Source: an uncultured Phycisphaerales bacterium
GTDB taxonomy: Bacteria > Planctomycetota > Phycisphaerae > Tepidisphaerales > Tepidisphaeraceae
Assembly (NCBI GenBank): GCA_963758525.1
Contig: CAVWVQ010000003.1
Location: 1,344,001-1,408,000, forward strand
Length of the DNA stretch: 64,000 nucleotides
Direction: 5' to 3'
The notes below the pieces were generated by a model, which was not told the origin of the DNA, did not search any database, and saw only the letters and a program-made list of their open reading frames with translations. Position numbers and translations under genes: made by a program. Below, piece by piece: positions 1 through 12,200 of the stretch. Positions within the stretch are counted from its first letter, which is position 1. Each line of letters opens with the position of its first letter.

Positions 1-435
1 GAGTTCCTGGGCCTGAGCCGCCAGGTCATCGAGCGCCTCGAGGCGCAGCCGGTCCGTTTTTTGCCTGTAGTCCATCAAATCGCTCAAGAGCACGCGGCGA
101 TGTGTACCCACCTTGCGTGATGGGAGGGCGCCTTCATCCAACAGTTTGACCAGAAACGGGCGGGAGACGCCCAGCGCCTCGGCGGCCTGCTGCGTCGTCA
201 GTTCCGCGTGTACCGGGAGAAGCGTCACCGCGTTGCCGGCAGCCATTTCCGAAAGCACCCGCACCAGCAAGCGCACAGCGGGCGCGGGAAGCGTGATTGC
301 CTCCCCGTGCTTTCCGGCAATTTGCAATTTCAAATTCCGCTGTGTGTACCGCGCAAGCCGCCGACCGGACTCGCTCGCCAGTTGGGACTCTGCTGCCGTT
401 GGCGCCATCCGGTCGCGGACTTTTGTTGCGGACAT
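1..435 (-). CDS. Excisionase-family (Xis/MerR-like) HTH DNA-binding protein, 3' end outside window; probably antitoxin of an HTH/PIN pair
   Basis: Manual translation MSATKVRDRM...AAGNAVTLLPVHAELTTQQAAEALGVSRPFLVKLLDEGALPSRKVGTHRRV; AGGAG upstream of ATG at 435; not in the ORF track because it runs off the edge. Confidence 0.85.
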   Translation of the reverse strand, partial: MSATKVRDRMAPTAAESQLASESGRRLARYTQRNLKLQIAGKHGEAITLPAPAVRLLVRVLSEMAAGNAVTLLPVHAELTTQQAAEALGVSRPFLVKLLDEGALPSRKVGTHRRVLLSDLMDYRQKTDRLRLEALDDLAAQAQEL

Positions 436-457
436 CTCTCTGACTCCTGACAGTCCT

Positions 458-510
458 ATTTTAGGCGTACCGGGCAAACAAAACAAAAGAAACAAACGAA
501 ATATTCGAAT
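458..510 (-). promoter_or_regulatory. Putative promoter (TTGTTT-N17-TAAAAT) overlapped by ~9-bp-period direct repeats
   Basis: Minus strand reads ttcgaatat ttcgtttgt ttcttttgt tttgttt, then TAAAAT at 463-458. Confidence 0.5.
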
Positions 511-627
511 CCCATCTTTTTTTGACCGCGGCTGCATTCGTCGCGAAATTTTCGAGTGCGCCGGCGGCATGCTTGAGTGCTATCATCTCAAGCGCAACAT
601 CCATGGAGCAGACCAAAGGAACAACCT

Positions 628-1008
628 ATGCCCACCGCATTCGATATCGGAAAGAAACTCGTCGAACTCTGCAAAGCCGGCAAGACCAAGGAAGCGATCG
701 ACACGCTCTACAGTCCCGACATCGTGAGCACCGAGGCGCAAGGCCCCCCGGGCAAGCCGTTGAAGATGGAAGGGATTGCCGCCGTGAAGGGAAAGAACGA
801 GTGGTGGTACGCGAACCACGAAATCCACGGCGGCGAGGTCGTCGGGCCTTGGCCGCATGGGGATCAATTCATCGTATGCTTCAAATACGACATCACCCCG
901 AAGACCGGCCCAATGGCGGGCAAGCGGATGACGATCGACGAAGCCGCTCTGTACACCGTCAAGAATGACAAGGTCGTCGAGGAGAAGTTTTTCTATCACA
1001 TGGGATAG
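628..1008 (+). CDS. SnoaL-like / NTF2-family protein
   Basis: MPTAFDIGKKLVELCKAG...LYSPDIVSTEA...EAALYTVKNDKVVEEKFFY; AAGGA upstream of ATG 628. Confidence 0.8.
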   Translation: MPTAFDIGKKLVELCKAGKTKEAIDTLYSPDIVSTEAQGPPGKPLKMEGIAAVKGKNEWWYANHEIHGGEVVGPWPHGDQFIVCFKYDITPKTGPMAGKRMTIDEAALYTVKNDKVVEEKFFYHMG

Positions 1009-1012
1009 GAAA

Positions 1013-1047
1013 CGAAATCCGAATTCCGAAATCCGAATGTCGAATCG
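1013..1047. repeat. 7-bp tandem repeat (CGAAATC-like x5)
   Basis: cgaaatc cgaattc cgaaatc cgaatgt cgaatcg. Confidence 0.75.
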
Positions 1048-1065
1048 AAAAGCACAAAACGAATA

Positions 1066-1217
1066 AAGAGCCGCGAAGGCGCGAAGCAGCGAAGACAAAC
1101 GCGAAGGAAGACAATTCAATTGCGCATAAAACCGAAGGCAAAATTCTTTGGGCTTTCCGCCCTGCATTTTTCTTACCTTCGCTTCTGTCTTCGCGCCTTC
1201 GCGTCTTCGCGGCTCTT
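1066..1217. repeat. Palindromic ~155-bp element (AAGAGCCGCGAAG...CTTCGCGGCTCTT), copy 1
   Basis: Inverted arms built from CGCGAAG units; related copies at 19006-19163 and 43434-43593. Confidence 0.9.
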
Positions 1218-1221
1218 CGAT

Positions 1222-3731
1222 TTATTTGCCTGCGGTCGGGTTGGCGCCGCTGCCGATAAGATTGTTCACCAGAAACTCCATCCGGCGTTTTGAACCGTAG
1301 GGCGTCTCCGCCGATCCGTGATGCGCGCCGGTGACGACGACCAATTCAAAATCCTTGTTCGCCTTTTCCAGCGCGTTGACGACCTGCATGGTCGATGACG
1401 GGTCCACGTTGTCGTCCATTTCTCCGACCATCAGCAGCAGCTTGCCTTGCAGCAGATGGGCGTTGACGACGTTGGAATTCTCCGCGTACTGCGGCCCCAC
1501 GGGCCAGCCCATCCATTGCTCGTTCCACCAGATTTTGTCCATGCGGTTGTCGTGGCAGCCGCAGTCGGCGACGGCGACTTTGTAGAAGTCATTGTGCCAG
1601 AGCAGCGCGGCCATCGCGTTTTGCCCGCCGGCGGAACCGCCGTAAATTCCGACGCGCGTGAGGTCCATCTGCGGATACTTCTTCGCGGCGGCGGTGATCC
1701 ACGCGATGCGATCCGGGAACCCGGCGTCGCGCAGATTTTTCCAGCAGACATCATGAAATTGCTTCGAGCGGCCTGAGGTTCCCATGCCGTCGATTTGCAC
1801 GACGATCCCCCCGCGATCGGCGATCGCCTGTCGCGCACCATACCCAGGCTGGAACGATTTGGGGACGTAGAAGGACTGGGGACCGGCGTAGATGTCTTCC
1901 ACCACGGGATATTGTTTCGCAGGGTCGAAGTTGCGGGGGAAGATGATGATTCCATAGATGTCGGTCGTGCCGTCGCGTCCCTTGGCGACGAAGCGTTTGG
2001 GAAACCGATCGGCGTTGATCACGTTCGCCGTCTCGAGCTTGCAGACCAATCGGCCAGCTTCGGCGCGGCGAAGCTCGGTCACCGGCGGTTGATCGACACG
2101 CGACCATTTGTCGAACAGATATTTCCTGTCGGGCGACCAGGCGATCTCGTGGGTGCCATCACCATCTGTCAGAACGGTCAGATTGCTGCCATCGAAGTTC
2201 ACCCGGCAGACGTCGGTGTAATACGGGTCTTCGCCGGGTCGAATTCCCCCGGCCTTGAATAGAACTTGACGTTGATTCGGGTCCACGCTGATGACGTCCT
2301 GCACGACCCAGGGCCCCTTCGTGATCTGATTTGTGACGCGGCCGGTCTGAGCGTCATACAGCCAGAGATGATTCCATCCGTCGCGCTCCGACATCCAGAT
2401 CAATTCATTGTCCCCGATCCACTGGCAGAAATATTTGCCGGAGTAATCGATGAACGTGTCGCTGCGTTCGTCGACGATGGCCCGCGCATTCCCGGTTGCC
2501 GCGTCGATCGCAACGACTCTCAGTGCCTGATGCCCTCGCTGGTTGTAAACGAACGTGAAACGTGACGAATCTTGCGACCAGCGTACGTCTTCGATGCTCC
2601 AGGGATTGTTAAACAGATCATTCTTGAGCGCAACCTGCTCGCCAGTTTCGATGTGAAACAATTGCGGGCGCGGATGATCGATCCGATCGCCGGGCTTGAG
2701 ATAATTCAGCGTCCGCAGCCTCGGCTGGATCTGATCGGATGGCGACGATTCCACCATATAGATCGGATGATCCTCGCCCTGCTGCACGCGCATCGCCGCG
2801 ACGTTTTTCGAGTCGGGCGACCACCAGACGCGCCCGGCCTCATAACCGTCCGACGGCGTCCCGTCCTGGCTCAACCGCGTCTGCTTGCCGTCCCCGTTGC
2901 TCTGCAAGAAGAGATTGCCCTCCCGCGCGATGATGAGCCAATTTCCGTCTGGCGAAGCGGGGCCGGCGCTGGAGCGCGCGCGGCTTTGCGGAATGGCGCG
3001 GTCGCGCCTCAGGGCGCTCTGCGTCGACGCTGGCCGGGGCGATTGGCGCCGATGATCGCACTCGCGCGCTGCTTCACCGCCTGATATACGCCCAGCGTCT
3101 TCCCGGCCTGATCCGTAACGAGCCAGACATGGCCGACGTACGTCGGCTGCTCGAACCGATCGCCCGGCTTGAGCGTTTGATATGGATGGCGCTGTCCATC
3201 GGTATCGATCCAGAAGATCTCGACGACGCCGTTGGTTTGATTTTCGAAATTGATCTGGGTCGCCGTGCCGCTGTCCACGCTGGGCCGCGGATCGCCCGAC
3301 GACGGCAACGAGGGCTCCTGAACAGCCGCATCCGCGCGGCGCGGAGCGTATCGGTCGTCAGATTCAGTTCCCACCCCTGCTCGCGTCCTTGCAGAATGAT
3401 CGACCCAGGATCTGATTCGAAATCGAGCGCCTCGACCGGAAGCCGGTCGGCGGCAATTGCTCTGTTCATCAGCCCGGACAGTTTGGCCGCGACGCGCGAA
3501 TGATCGAAGGCGGGCTGCCGGGTTGCTGCGTCGGGATCGACCAGAATGAACTCCCGCCGGCCGTCGAAGAGATCGACGCGGTACCAGAAGCGGGTGTTGT
3601 GCGCGAACCAGTGCGGATCGACCTGGTCGCGTTCGAGATGCCCGGCTCCGCGCGGGAGCGGCGCCGAAGATGCAGCTCAACGTCAGCGCCATTGCGAGCA
3701 GCGGCTTGCTTCGCAAGCGAGCGCGCAGCAC
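1222..3731 (-). CDS. S9 / DPP-IV-family serine peptidase with VHL-beta-like insert; several frameshifts in the 5' part, start uncertain
   Basis: GIYGGSAGG nucleophile motif, DDNV Asp and HG His in 1222-2907; signal-like N-terminus and INFENQT..VEIFWID..G.R..Y segment spread over frames of 3009-3773. Confidence 0.85.
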
Positions 3732-3771
3732 ACTCAGCCTGGTGAACCGGCCATAAGGCGCCTCTGGAATC

Positions 3772-4107
3772 ATGAAGTTCCTCCGCGAACCGTTACTCTA
3801 TCAGAACGCTTACGTCTGGTTCGTCCTTGTTTCTTCGCTGGACGTCATGCTCACGTGGGTCGTGCTTGCGTATGGCGGGCGCGAAGCAAATGGATTGGCC
3901 AGGTTCGCTTTGCGGCGCTTTGGCTTGGTCGGCCTCGTCGGCTTTAAGTTCGTGCTGGTGGTGTTCATTATCTGCTTATGCGAAGTCATCGGCCGTCGCT
4001 CGCCGGTGGGAGGAAAGCGGCTGGCCGAGTGGTCGGTCGCCCTAACCTGCGTGCCCCTCGTCATCGCGCTTCTGGAAATTCGGGTGCAATTGGCGTCAGT
4101 CTTTTGA
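3772..4107 (+). CDS. Small membrane protein, DUF5658-like
   Basis: LDVMLT...GGREAN motif and hydrophobic helices. Confidence 0.7.
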   Translation: MKFLREPLLYQNAYVWFVLVSSLDVMLTWVVLAYGGREANGLARFALRRFGLVGLVGFKFVLVVFIICLCEVIGRRSPVGGKRLAEWSVALTCVPLVIALLEIRVQLASVF

Positions 4108-4235
4108 AAATCGCCTCGATTTGACGCCGTGAATACCGCCAGCGAAAATGATGCCTCGTGATGTTCACGAAACTCACGGTCACGGGTATGAGATCCAGTA
4201 ACGATCGTATTTTTTTGCAGAGAGGACGGAAGAGT

Positions 4236-4736
4236 ATGCCGGACGAGATCAATCGCCGAAATTTCCTGGCCGCTGCCGCGGCGGCGACGTGCGCCTGTGC
4301 TTTGTGCCCGATGGTGCGTGCGGACGATGACGACGACGATGATGATGCTCCGCCGCCCAAGCCGCTTCCGAAAGGCCCGGTCGCCGCGGGGAATCTCACC
4401 GACTACCCCAAGGACGGCCCGTACGACGCGCTGAGCAAGAGCAAGCAGATCATCCTGGTGCGTCAGGACGGCAAGCTGTACGCAATGACCGCGCTCTGCA
4501 CGCACAAGCTGTTTGTCATCAAGACCAAGGACAACCAGCTTTTCTGTCCGAAACACAGCAGCCGATTCGACCTCGACGGCAAGCCAGCGAAAAAGCCGAA
4601 CGGCAAAATGGGTCCGGCGAAGAAGCCTCTGGTTCACTATGCCATCAGTGCCGATGCGAATGGCGCGATCACGGTAGACACTTCCAAAACTGTCGAAGAA
4701 ACCGACCCGGCGGCGTCCGTCAAAGTCGGAAGCTGA
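4236..4736 (+). CDS. Tat-exported Rieske [2Fe-2S] protein
   Basis: RRNFL twin-arginine signal; CTH and CPKHSSRFDLDG Rieske boxes; poly-Asp linker. Confidence 0.85.
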   Translation: MPDEINRRNFLAAAAAATCACALCPMVRADDDDDDDDAPPPKPLPKGPVAAGNLTDYPKDGPYDALSKSKQIILVRQDGKLYAMTALCTHKLFVIKTKDNQLFCPKHSSRFDLDGKPAKKPNGKMGPAKKPLVHYAISADANGAITVDTSKTVEETDPAASVKVGS

Positions 4737-4793
4737 GAAAGCAGTTTTCGATAAAACTGAAAACCTACCTCCGATCGTGCATAATTCACGGCG

Positions 4794-6221
4794 GTGGAGA
4801 CGATCTGGAAAATCCTCGCGACGCTGGGGCTGGTCGCGATCAACGGCTTTTTCGTCGCGGCAGAGTTTGCCGCGGTCGGGGCGCGGGCTTCTCATATTGA
4901 AACCAATGCCGATCAAAGCGTGCTGGCCCAGCTCTCGCGGCACGTGAAGGAACGGCTCGATCTGTATCTCTCGAGCTGTCAGTTGGGGGTCACGCTGGCG
5001 AGCCTGGGGCTGGGGGCGGTCACCGAGCCGCTGATTGCCGGATTGCTCGATCCGCTGCTGAACCGCGTGCACGTGCCGGCGCACGATCTGTTTGCCATTT
5101 CGCTGACGGCGGCAATGGGAATCAGCACCGCGATGCATATCGTGATCGGCGAGCAGGCGCCGAAGAACTGGGCCATTCAATTTAGCGATCGCGTGCTGCC
5201 GCTCGTCGCGGCGCCGCTGATCATTTTCACCTACCTGTTTTTTCCGGTCATCTGGCTGCTCAACGCGGTCACCAACGCCGTGCTTCGCCTGACGGGCGTT
5301 CCAACGCGCATCGGGGCGCACGGAACGCTTCCCCACACCGAGGAAGAGCTCAAGGCGCTGCTCTTTCAGGCGGTGGCCAAGGGCGTGATTCCAAAATTGC
5401 GCGGGTCGCTTCTTGCCAGTGCATTTGCGTTTGAGGACCTCAAAGTGCGCCAGATCATGGTGCCGCGCACGCACGTCGATTTCCTGAAGATCGATCAGCC
5501 CATCGGCGAGCTGCTCCGCACCGTGCAGAAATCCGCGTTCACGCGCCTTCCGGTGTGCAACGGGGATCTCGACCATGTCATCGGGCTGATTCACATCAAG
5601 GATCTGTTCGCGCATCTCAAGCTTGTCGCGGGAAAGCTGCGATTCACCGATGAGAAGACGCCTGAGGGCGAAGCGATCGCGATTGCCGACGGGAAACCGG
5701 GCTCGCAGGTGCACGTGATCGGCTCGGGGGAGATCAACCTCCGCGAGATCCTTCGCGAAGTCCTGTTCGTGCCCGAGCTGACGCCGGTGCCGAAGGTGCT
5801 CCGGCAGTTTCAGACCAGCCGCGTGCACCTGGCGGTGGTGGTCGACGAATATGGATCGACGGTCGGCGTCGTCACGCTCGAAGACGTTCTGGAGGAAATC
5901 GTCGGGGAGATTGAAGATGAATTCGATCCGGAAAAACGAACCGACTTCATTGCCGAAGCCGGCGGTTTCAAGGTGAGCGGAATTTATCCGCTGCACGATC
6001 TGCGCGACCGTCTCAATCTGCCGGATCTCGAGGCGGACGATATCGACACCGTGGGAGGCTACGTCGTCCAGCAACTGAATCGCTGGCCGCGCGCCGGCGA
6101 TGTCGTCCCGATCGGCAACTACACGGCCAAGGTGCTTTCGGTTCAGCAAAAGCGCGTGGGGCAATTGTTTCTGACGCCGGTGGTCCAGGCTGGGAACGGG
6201 AATGCGGGAAAATCTGCATGA
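4794..6221 (+). CDS. Hemolysin/CorC-family (CNNM-CBS-CorC) membrane protein
   Basis: NGFFVAAEFA, QLGVTLASLGLG, GEQAPK, VVDEYG...TLEDVLEEIVGEIEDEFD. Confidence 0.92.
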   Translation: METIWKILATLGLVAINGFFVAAEFAAVGARASHIETNADQSVLAQLSRHVKERLDLYLSSCQLGVTLASLGLGAVTEPLIAGLLDPLLNRVHVPAHDLFAISLTAAMGISTAMHIVIGEQAPKNWAIQFSDRVLPLVAAPLIIFTYLFFPVIWLLNAVTNAVLRLTGVPTRIGAHGTLPHTEEELKALLFQAVAKGVIPKLRGSLLASAFAFEDLKVRQIMVPRTHVDFLKIDQPIGELLRTVQKSAFTRLPVCNGDLDHVIGLIHIKDLFAHLKLVAGKLRFTDEKTPEGEAIAIADGKPGSQVHVIGSGEINLREILREVLFVPELTPVPKVLRQFQTSRVHLAVVVDEYGSTVGVVTLEDVLEEIVGEIEDEFDPEKRTDFIAEAGGFKVSGIYPLHDLRDRLNLPDLEADDIDTVGGYVVQQLNRWPRAGDVVPIGNYTAKVLSVQQKRVGQLFLTPVVQAGNGNAGKSA

Positions 6222-6237
6222 GCGGTCGACTGATCGA

Positions 6238-9200
6238 TCACGATTCGTCGCTGCCGTGCGTTGCCGCGGCGCCGCGCGGTTCGAGGGTATCGGCATGGTC
6301 GGAGAGTGCGAAGCCTTCGTCCGCGTTTGATGGTTCGCCCGGCTGGGTGAGCAGAAGGTGATGGCGGCGATGCGAAACGCCCCACGCGGCAAGCATCCCC
6401 GCCGTGAGCATCGCGTAGCCGAGCATCGACAGGAGAATCCACTGCAGCCGCGGATCGTCGACGAGCGTGGCCGACGCGCTGTCTGGACCGGGGGCTTCAG
6501 GAACCGGAATGCGTTGCCAGGCGGCAAGAAGGGCCTCGCTCTTCGATTTCTGGTCGGGAAGCTGGGCCTGCAACTCGGAGAGACGGGCGGTGTCGGCGGT
6601 GAGGTTCGCCGCCTTGGCGCGGAGCCCCTCGACGGCCGAGTAGGCGGCGTCGGTCTGCTCCGTGTTGGTCCGCACCGATGCCAGGGCATCGGCCTCCTCC
6701 ATCTGGGCGGCGGTGAGGGCGGCCTTGGCCTTTTCCAGAGCGGCGGCGCGGTCCTGTGCCTGTTGCGCGGTCAGTTGCTTATGACTGTCTTCGGCGAGCT
6801 GCTTGCGCCGGGCGTCGATCTTCGCCTGCAATTCGGTGATCGATCCCTCCAGCTTCCTGGCTGCCGCGTCCGCCTGGGGATCGGCGGCGGCAACTGCCTG
6901 GGCCTGCGCCTGGCGCGCGCTGTTGATTTCATCGAGCTGTTTCTTCAATGATTCCTCAAGCGCCTGCTGATCGGCGGGCAGCTTCTCCACCTGCGGGGCG
7001 GCGGCCGACAGCGCCTTGAGCATCTCGCCCATCCGTGAGTCGGTCTGGACGCGCTCCTTTTCCATTTCCTTCAGATTGTCATCGATGAACTGCTGCATCG
7101 ACTTCACTTCGTCGGCGTAGATGTCGCCGGTCCCGATCAGATCGCGCCGGGCGTCCATCTTGTTTTTAATCGACTCCGCTTCGCTCTTCAGCGCCGCCGC
7201 GTCGGCATCCAATCCGCTTCCGACCGCCGCGTTGTAGCGATGCTCGGCAACGGAAAGATCCTGCTCCATCTCCTGCAACTGGGTGTCGGCGGCCCAGACT
7301 GCCTTGAGACGCGTTTCCTGCTTCTCGGCCAGCACGCGGCGCAAATCCGCGAGGCGCTGCTGCTCCGCTTTTTGCCGTTCGACCAGATCCGCATTGAGCT
7401 GGCGGATGGTGTCCTGAGCCTGCTGGGCGGCGATGAGATACGCACTGAGCTGCGAACCATCCTTGAGCGACCCCTGCGCCTGGTCGATGCGCGACCGGAA
7501 ATCCGCCAGCGCCTGATCCAGCGCCTTGTTTGCCTTGTCGGCGGCGGTGGAATGCGTCACGCGCGTCTCGGTGAGGCTTTGCGTTGCCGCGGCCAGTTGC
7601 GTTGACAGCTCCTTCACCTGCGGATCGGCGTCCGCATTGACCGCGTGCGCAGGCGCGCCGGCATCGGCGCTCCCCGGAGCTGGAACCGCCACATCCAGGC
7701 GATCCACTTCGGCTTGTGCCAGGTGCAGCTTCTGCGCCGCATCGTTCCAGGCCTGCCGCAGCGCGGCGCTTTTCGCCTTGTTCTGGGCGAGCGTCTGCTG
7801 AGCGGAATCAAGCTCCGCGCCGGCGAATTGCTCTTCCTGCAGCGCCGGGGCGAGCCGATTGATCTCCGCGGTGATCGCCTCGACCGCGTCGCGCGATTTG
7901 AGATAAGCGAGGCGGGCGCTGGCCGAGTCGTCGGCAAGCCGCTGATTCTCCCGATAGAGAGCACCGATGAGCGCCGCAAGCCTGCGTGCGTCGGTCTGAG
8001 GATCCCTGCCGTTCACGGTCAGAACAAATTGGTTGGTATTGGGAGCAAATGCGGCCCCCGACACCAGATTGTCATACGTGCGGTTGTCGGCGACCTGCGC
8101 CGGCGCCGATGACCCGGTCGAGAGAAAACCTTCTTCCTTCCCCGGGTTCTGGGAAGTAAACAACTGGCGCGCAAACTGGCGAAGGTCTGCATTTCGCAGC
8201 AACTGCTGCTCGGCCAGCTCGAAGCCGCGCTTGTCCGAAGGGAGCAGATTTTCCAGATTGTTGAATCGAAGCCGTCCTTCGGCCGTCCCGCTGACGTGAT
8301 AGAAGAACCAGATGCCCGCCGCGGTTGCCAGCGCCAGGGCCAGGATGATCGGCAGCACGATTCGCAGATGCAGATTCGTGGGGGCCGGCGGAGGGACCGG
8401 AGGCAGGCCGTCAAATTGCGGAGAGGGCCCCGAACGGCGCGGCGCAGCCGCAGCCGCGGCCGGGGCTGGCGGCGTGCTGTCCGGCGGAAGCGGCCCGCGT
8501 CGATCCAGCGGCGGGACGCCCACGCCGCGGGGACGCCGCGGAATCTCAGCATCCGATCGCACCCGCGCGGCCGGCGCATCGGGCGGCGACGCGGCCAGGG
8601 TGGTCAGCATGCTCGCGCCGCGGCGGCCGGGATCGGAAGGCGGGACAAACGTTTCCCCCTTCGCTTTGGCTTGGCCGAACACTTCCACTTCGCGCGGCCG
8701 GGGTATCGTCAGGCCGTCAAATTGCGTCGTGATCTGTCCCGAGGCAAGCGAGCCGCCCCCAAACGGCGGAATTGCCACGTCCGCGCCGGGCTGCGACCCG
8801 AAGGCAAACGGACTGGCCGACAGCGAGCGATTCCCCATCCGGGGGCGCGGCGGCATGTGAGTTGCCGGCTTCCGCGGCGCGGTCTCGGATGGAGGTGTCG
8901 CGCCAGAATCGGAAATCGAGAAGAGCTGTTGCGGCGATTGCTCCGGAGGCACCGGATCGGCCGCGGGCGGCTCGTGCGCGGGCCGATGCGGATGCTCGCC
9001 CAGCACTTCCACCACATCGCTGATATGCCCCATCGAATCGGGCAGCGCGTCCAGGAAATCGGGAGTTGCTTCAAATAGTTCCTGCGGCGGTTCGTCCGCA
9101 TTCATCTTGGAGAGGTGGTACCCCAGCGATTCCTCCGACTCATCATTGACGTTCGCAACGTCGCCATCCCCCGGCAGAGCGACCACGATGTCAGCGGCGA

Positions 9201-12200
9201 CCTCGGGAGCAGCAACCAGGGGATTCACGGCGAGTTGGGGAGGCGCAAACAAGCTGGTCATCGGCGGCGCTGGACGAGACAAATCCAGCGGCATCCCGCC
9301 AAGGAAGGTGCCCAGGTCGCGCCCCATTCCGAAGAACGGATCGACCACGGCGCCTGGCGCGGACGGCGGCAGCGGCGCCGCGGCGGCAATATCAACCACC
9401 GGCGGCTCAAAGAGGACCGATTCCTCCGCCGACGGCTTTGCCGCGGCTTGCGGCGCGTCTGGCGGCGAATCTCCGCCTGCCGACGGCTCAAAGAGCATCG
9501 CTGCGTCGCCCGAGGGCTCGGGCGGCGGCTCTAACGCTTCGGGCAGCGCATCTGTCACGCAGGTCGGTTCCAGGTGAACCGGCGCTGGAGGGGGCGTCTG
9601 TGCGAGGTCGAAATTCTCGGGCGGCAAATCAGCGGCAATTGGCACGTGCGCGACGACAGGTTCTGCAGGCCCTGACGCCGGATCGGGCGCGTGGAGCGAA
9701 AAGTCGGCATCGTCTCGCGGCTGGTCGAAGATCGATTCTTCTTGCGACGGACGCGGCAGGAGCGTGAGCGAATCATCCGGCGCCTCCCTTGCAAACGCGT
9801 CCCCGAGGGAAAGCGAATCCTCGGACAACCCCGCCGGGGCTGTTCCCCAGGTATCGGCCGGCAGGTCGCCCAGAGCGAGGTCGGATGACGGCAACTCTTC
9901 GGTCGATGCCAGCAGCAGCGAGTCGTCGGAAAGTGCGGTAAATTCAGGTTCGGCTGGCGCCGCCGTCGGCGCAGACAACGCGATCTGCGCGGCGAATTCT
10001 TCGTCCACCGGCGGAGGCGGCAATTCGAAATCGTCAACGATCGGCGTCGGCAACACTGGCTTGGGCGGGCGCGGAGCCGGCGGCGGAGTTGCATCGGCGA
10101 GAATTTCGCGCGTCGCGGCCGCGACGGAGGCGAGGTCGGCCTCATTCACGGCCAGCGCCGGAGCGTCGGTTGCAACCAGATCCAGAAACGGGAGATCGTC
10201 GGAGGAGAGCGTATCGATCACCGTTTTCGCGCCGAGCGATGGCGCGCCGCCCGAATCGGTTTCGTCATTCAACGCGAACGGCTCGACGACCGAATGCTCG
10301 GCGACGATTTCCGCGGAAGTGACCGACTCCGACGCGAACTCGATCTTCTCCGCCGGGAGCGCCGCGAAGATCATCTCATCAACCGGAGGCAGGGCAACGG
10401 AGACCTGCCCGGCTGGCGCAAAGCCCTCCTCCGTGCCGGTGACGGGCGGAACGGACAATGGAATCTCTTCGTGGGCGTGAAAGGCGCTGGCGTCCGGTTC
10501 GATCGCCGCCGGAACCGCCTGGTGCTCCAGCGGCGTCGGCTGAGCAACTTCCGCGAGCCTCGCCTGCAGCAACGAATCGGCCTCGCTCGGCCCGGAACCA
10601 TCCGCTGGCGTTGAAAGCGGAATCTCCTCCGTGGAATGAAATGCGCCTGGAGCGGCTTCGATCACAACCGGCGGCGTCCCTGAAACGGAAAGTGCCGGTT
10701 CCTCGGCGGAGTGAAACGTGCTGGCCGACGACTCAACCACCACCGGCGCCGGCTCGCTCAACGCCAACTCTTCCATTGGCGCCGCAGCGAGATGGGTGGT
10801 CAGCTCCGCATCGAGATCAACCGCGGGGTAGAGCGTCTCAGACGACTCATATTCGTACGCGGTCTGTGGCGGAAACTCCAACGCAGGCGCGGCGACGTGC
10901 AACACCGGTTCGTCGCTCTGTGCCAAAGGTGCGGAGGCCGAAAGCTCCAAGTCGGGCGCGTCGGCGGGATAATCCGAAATCACTTCGTCGACGGGCAATT
11001 CCTGTTGGACCAGATCGTCCAGTTCCATTTCAACCGGCGAAGACTCCGAAATAGCGACCGCGGCCGCGTTGTCCGCATGCGGTTCCAACTCGAGTCCGTC
11101 GATCCCCTGCGGCCGGTTCCATGATGCGTCCTCTGAAAGCTCGATGTTGATCGGCTCAAGCTCCTCCGATTCGCTGTCATTAGGCTCGGCATGGGAGGCG
11201 CTCGAATCGAGCATATCCGCAGGAGCGATCACTTCGAGAAAATCGCCGACGTCGGAGTTTGCGGAGATCGACTCGGAATGTGTCGTGCTTGCGTCGGCTG
11301 GAGTTAAATCGTCGTTTGACCGCGTCACTGAGATGAACGGGGCCGATGGCGTCATGTCGACACCGGACTCCAGTTCGTTGGCATCCGACGCCAAAGCGGA
11401 GGGCATTGCCGGGGCGGCATCACCGGCACGTTTGCGTCCGAACGGCCAGAAACCGAATCGGCCGCCGGTGCGCTTGGGGCCAATGGTTTTCACGAACGCG
11501 GCCGCGTCCGCGGATTTGGTGACGACAGTCGGCTTCACGACCGCGGCTGCATCGCCAACAGGTGGCAGGGACGATGAGCCATTGTCGTGCGGCAAGGAAT
11601 CCGCTTGGGCCCCCGCCGCCGGAGCATCGGGAGTCATTACTGTTGGCACCCCGGCTGCATCGGGATGACCCGAAAGAATTTCCTCCGCTTCTGCGTCTGA
11701 AATCGGTTGAGCGGTCTCGACGATCGGCGCCGGTCCCTGATCGGCGAACTCATCAACGGCGCGGGCGAAAACCGAATCCGTCATCGCGGCGGATTCGATC
11801 ACTTCGGATGGACCGGCGGAATCGGCGGCGAGCGGCAACTCCGCCGCGAGCGTTTGGGCCGACTCGGGCGTCGGATCGGTCGGTTCGATTACCTCGCCCG
11901 ATTGGGGCCCGGCGCCTGCCGTCTCAGAGGCTGCCAGGAGATGTGGCGCGGATATCGAAGCGGGCGTCGCGTCCCGGTCAGGAAGCGCGACGTCGATCGC
12001 CGCCTCGCGGCTGTCTGTCTGCGACGCCAGCGTCGGCGACGACGGATCGGCGGAATTGTCTGTCGGGGTCGTGGCATCTGCCGGCTTTTTTTGCCCGAGG
12101 AGCGCCCGGAAGCGATCGCGAAAACTTGGCTTGGGCGACGCGATCGGAGGCGGCGCAGCCGGCGCGTCGGAATTGTTCGGCGCGACAAGCGTCTGATCCG

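Noticed and set aside
3810..6689. Long antisense ORFs (959 aa here; also 33388-35364, 29750-31516, 38104-39771 and others)
   Set aside because: Shadow frames opposite well-supported genes in GC-rich DNA, with no recognisable motifs
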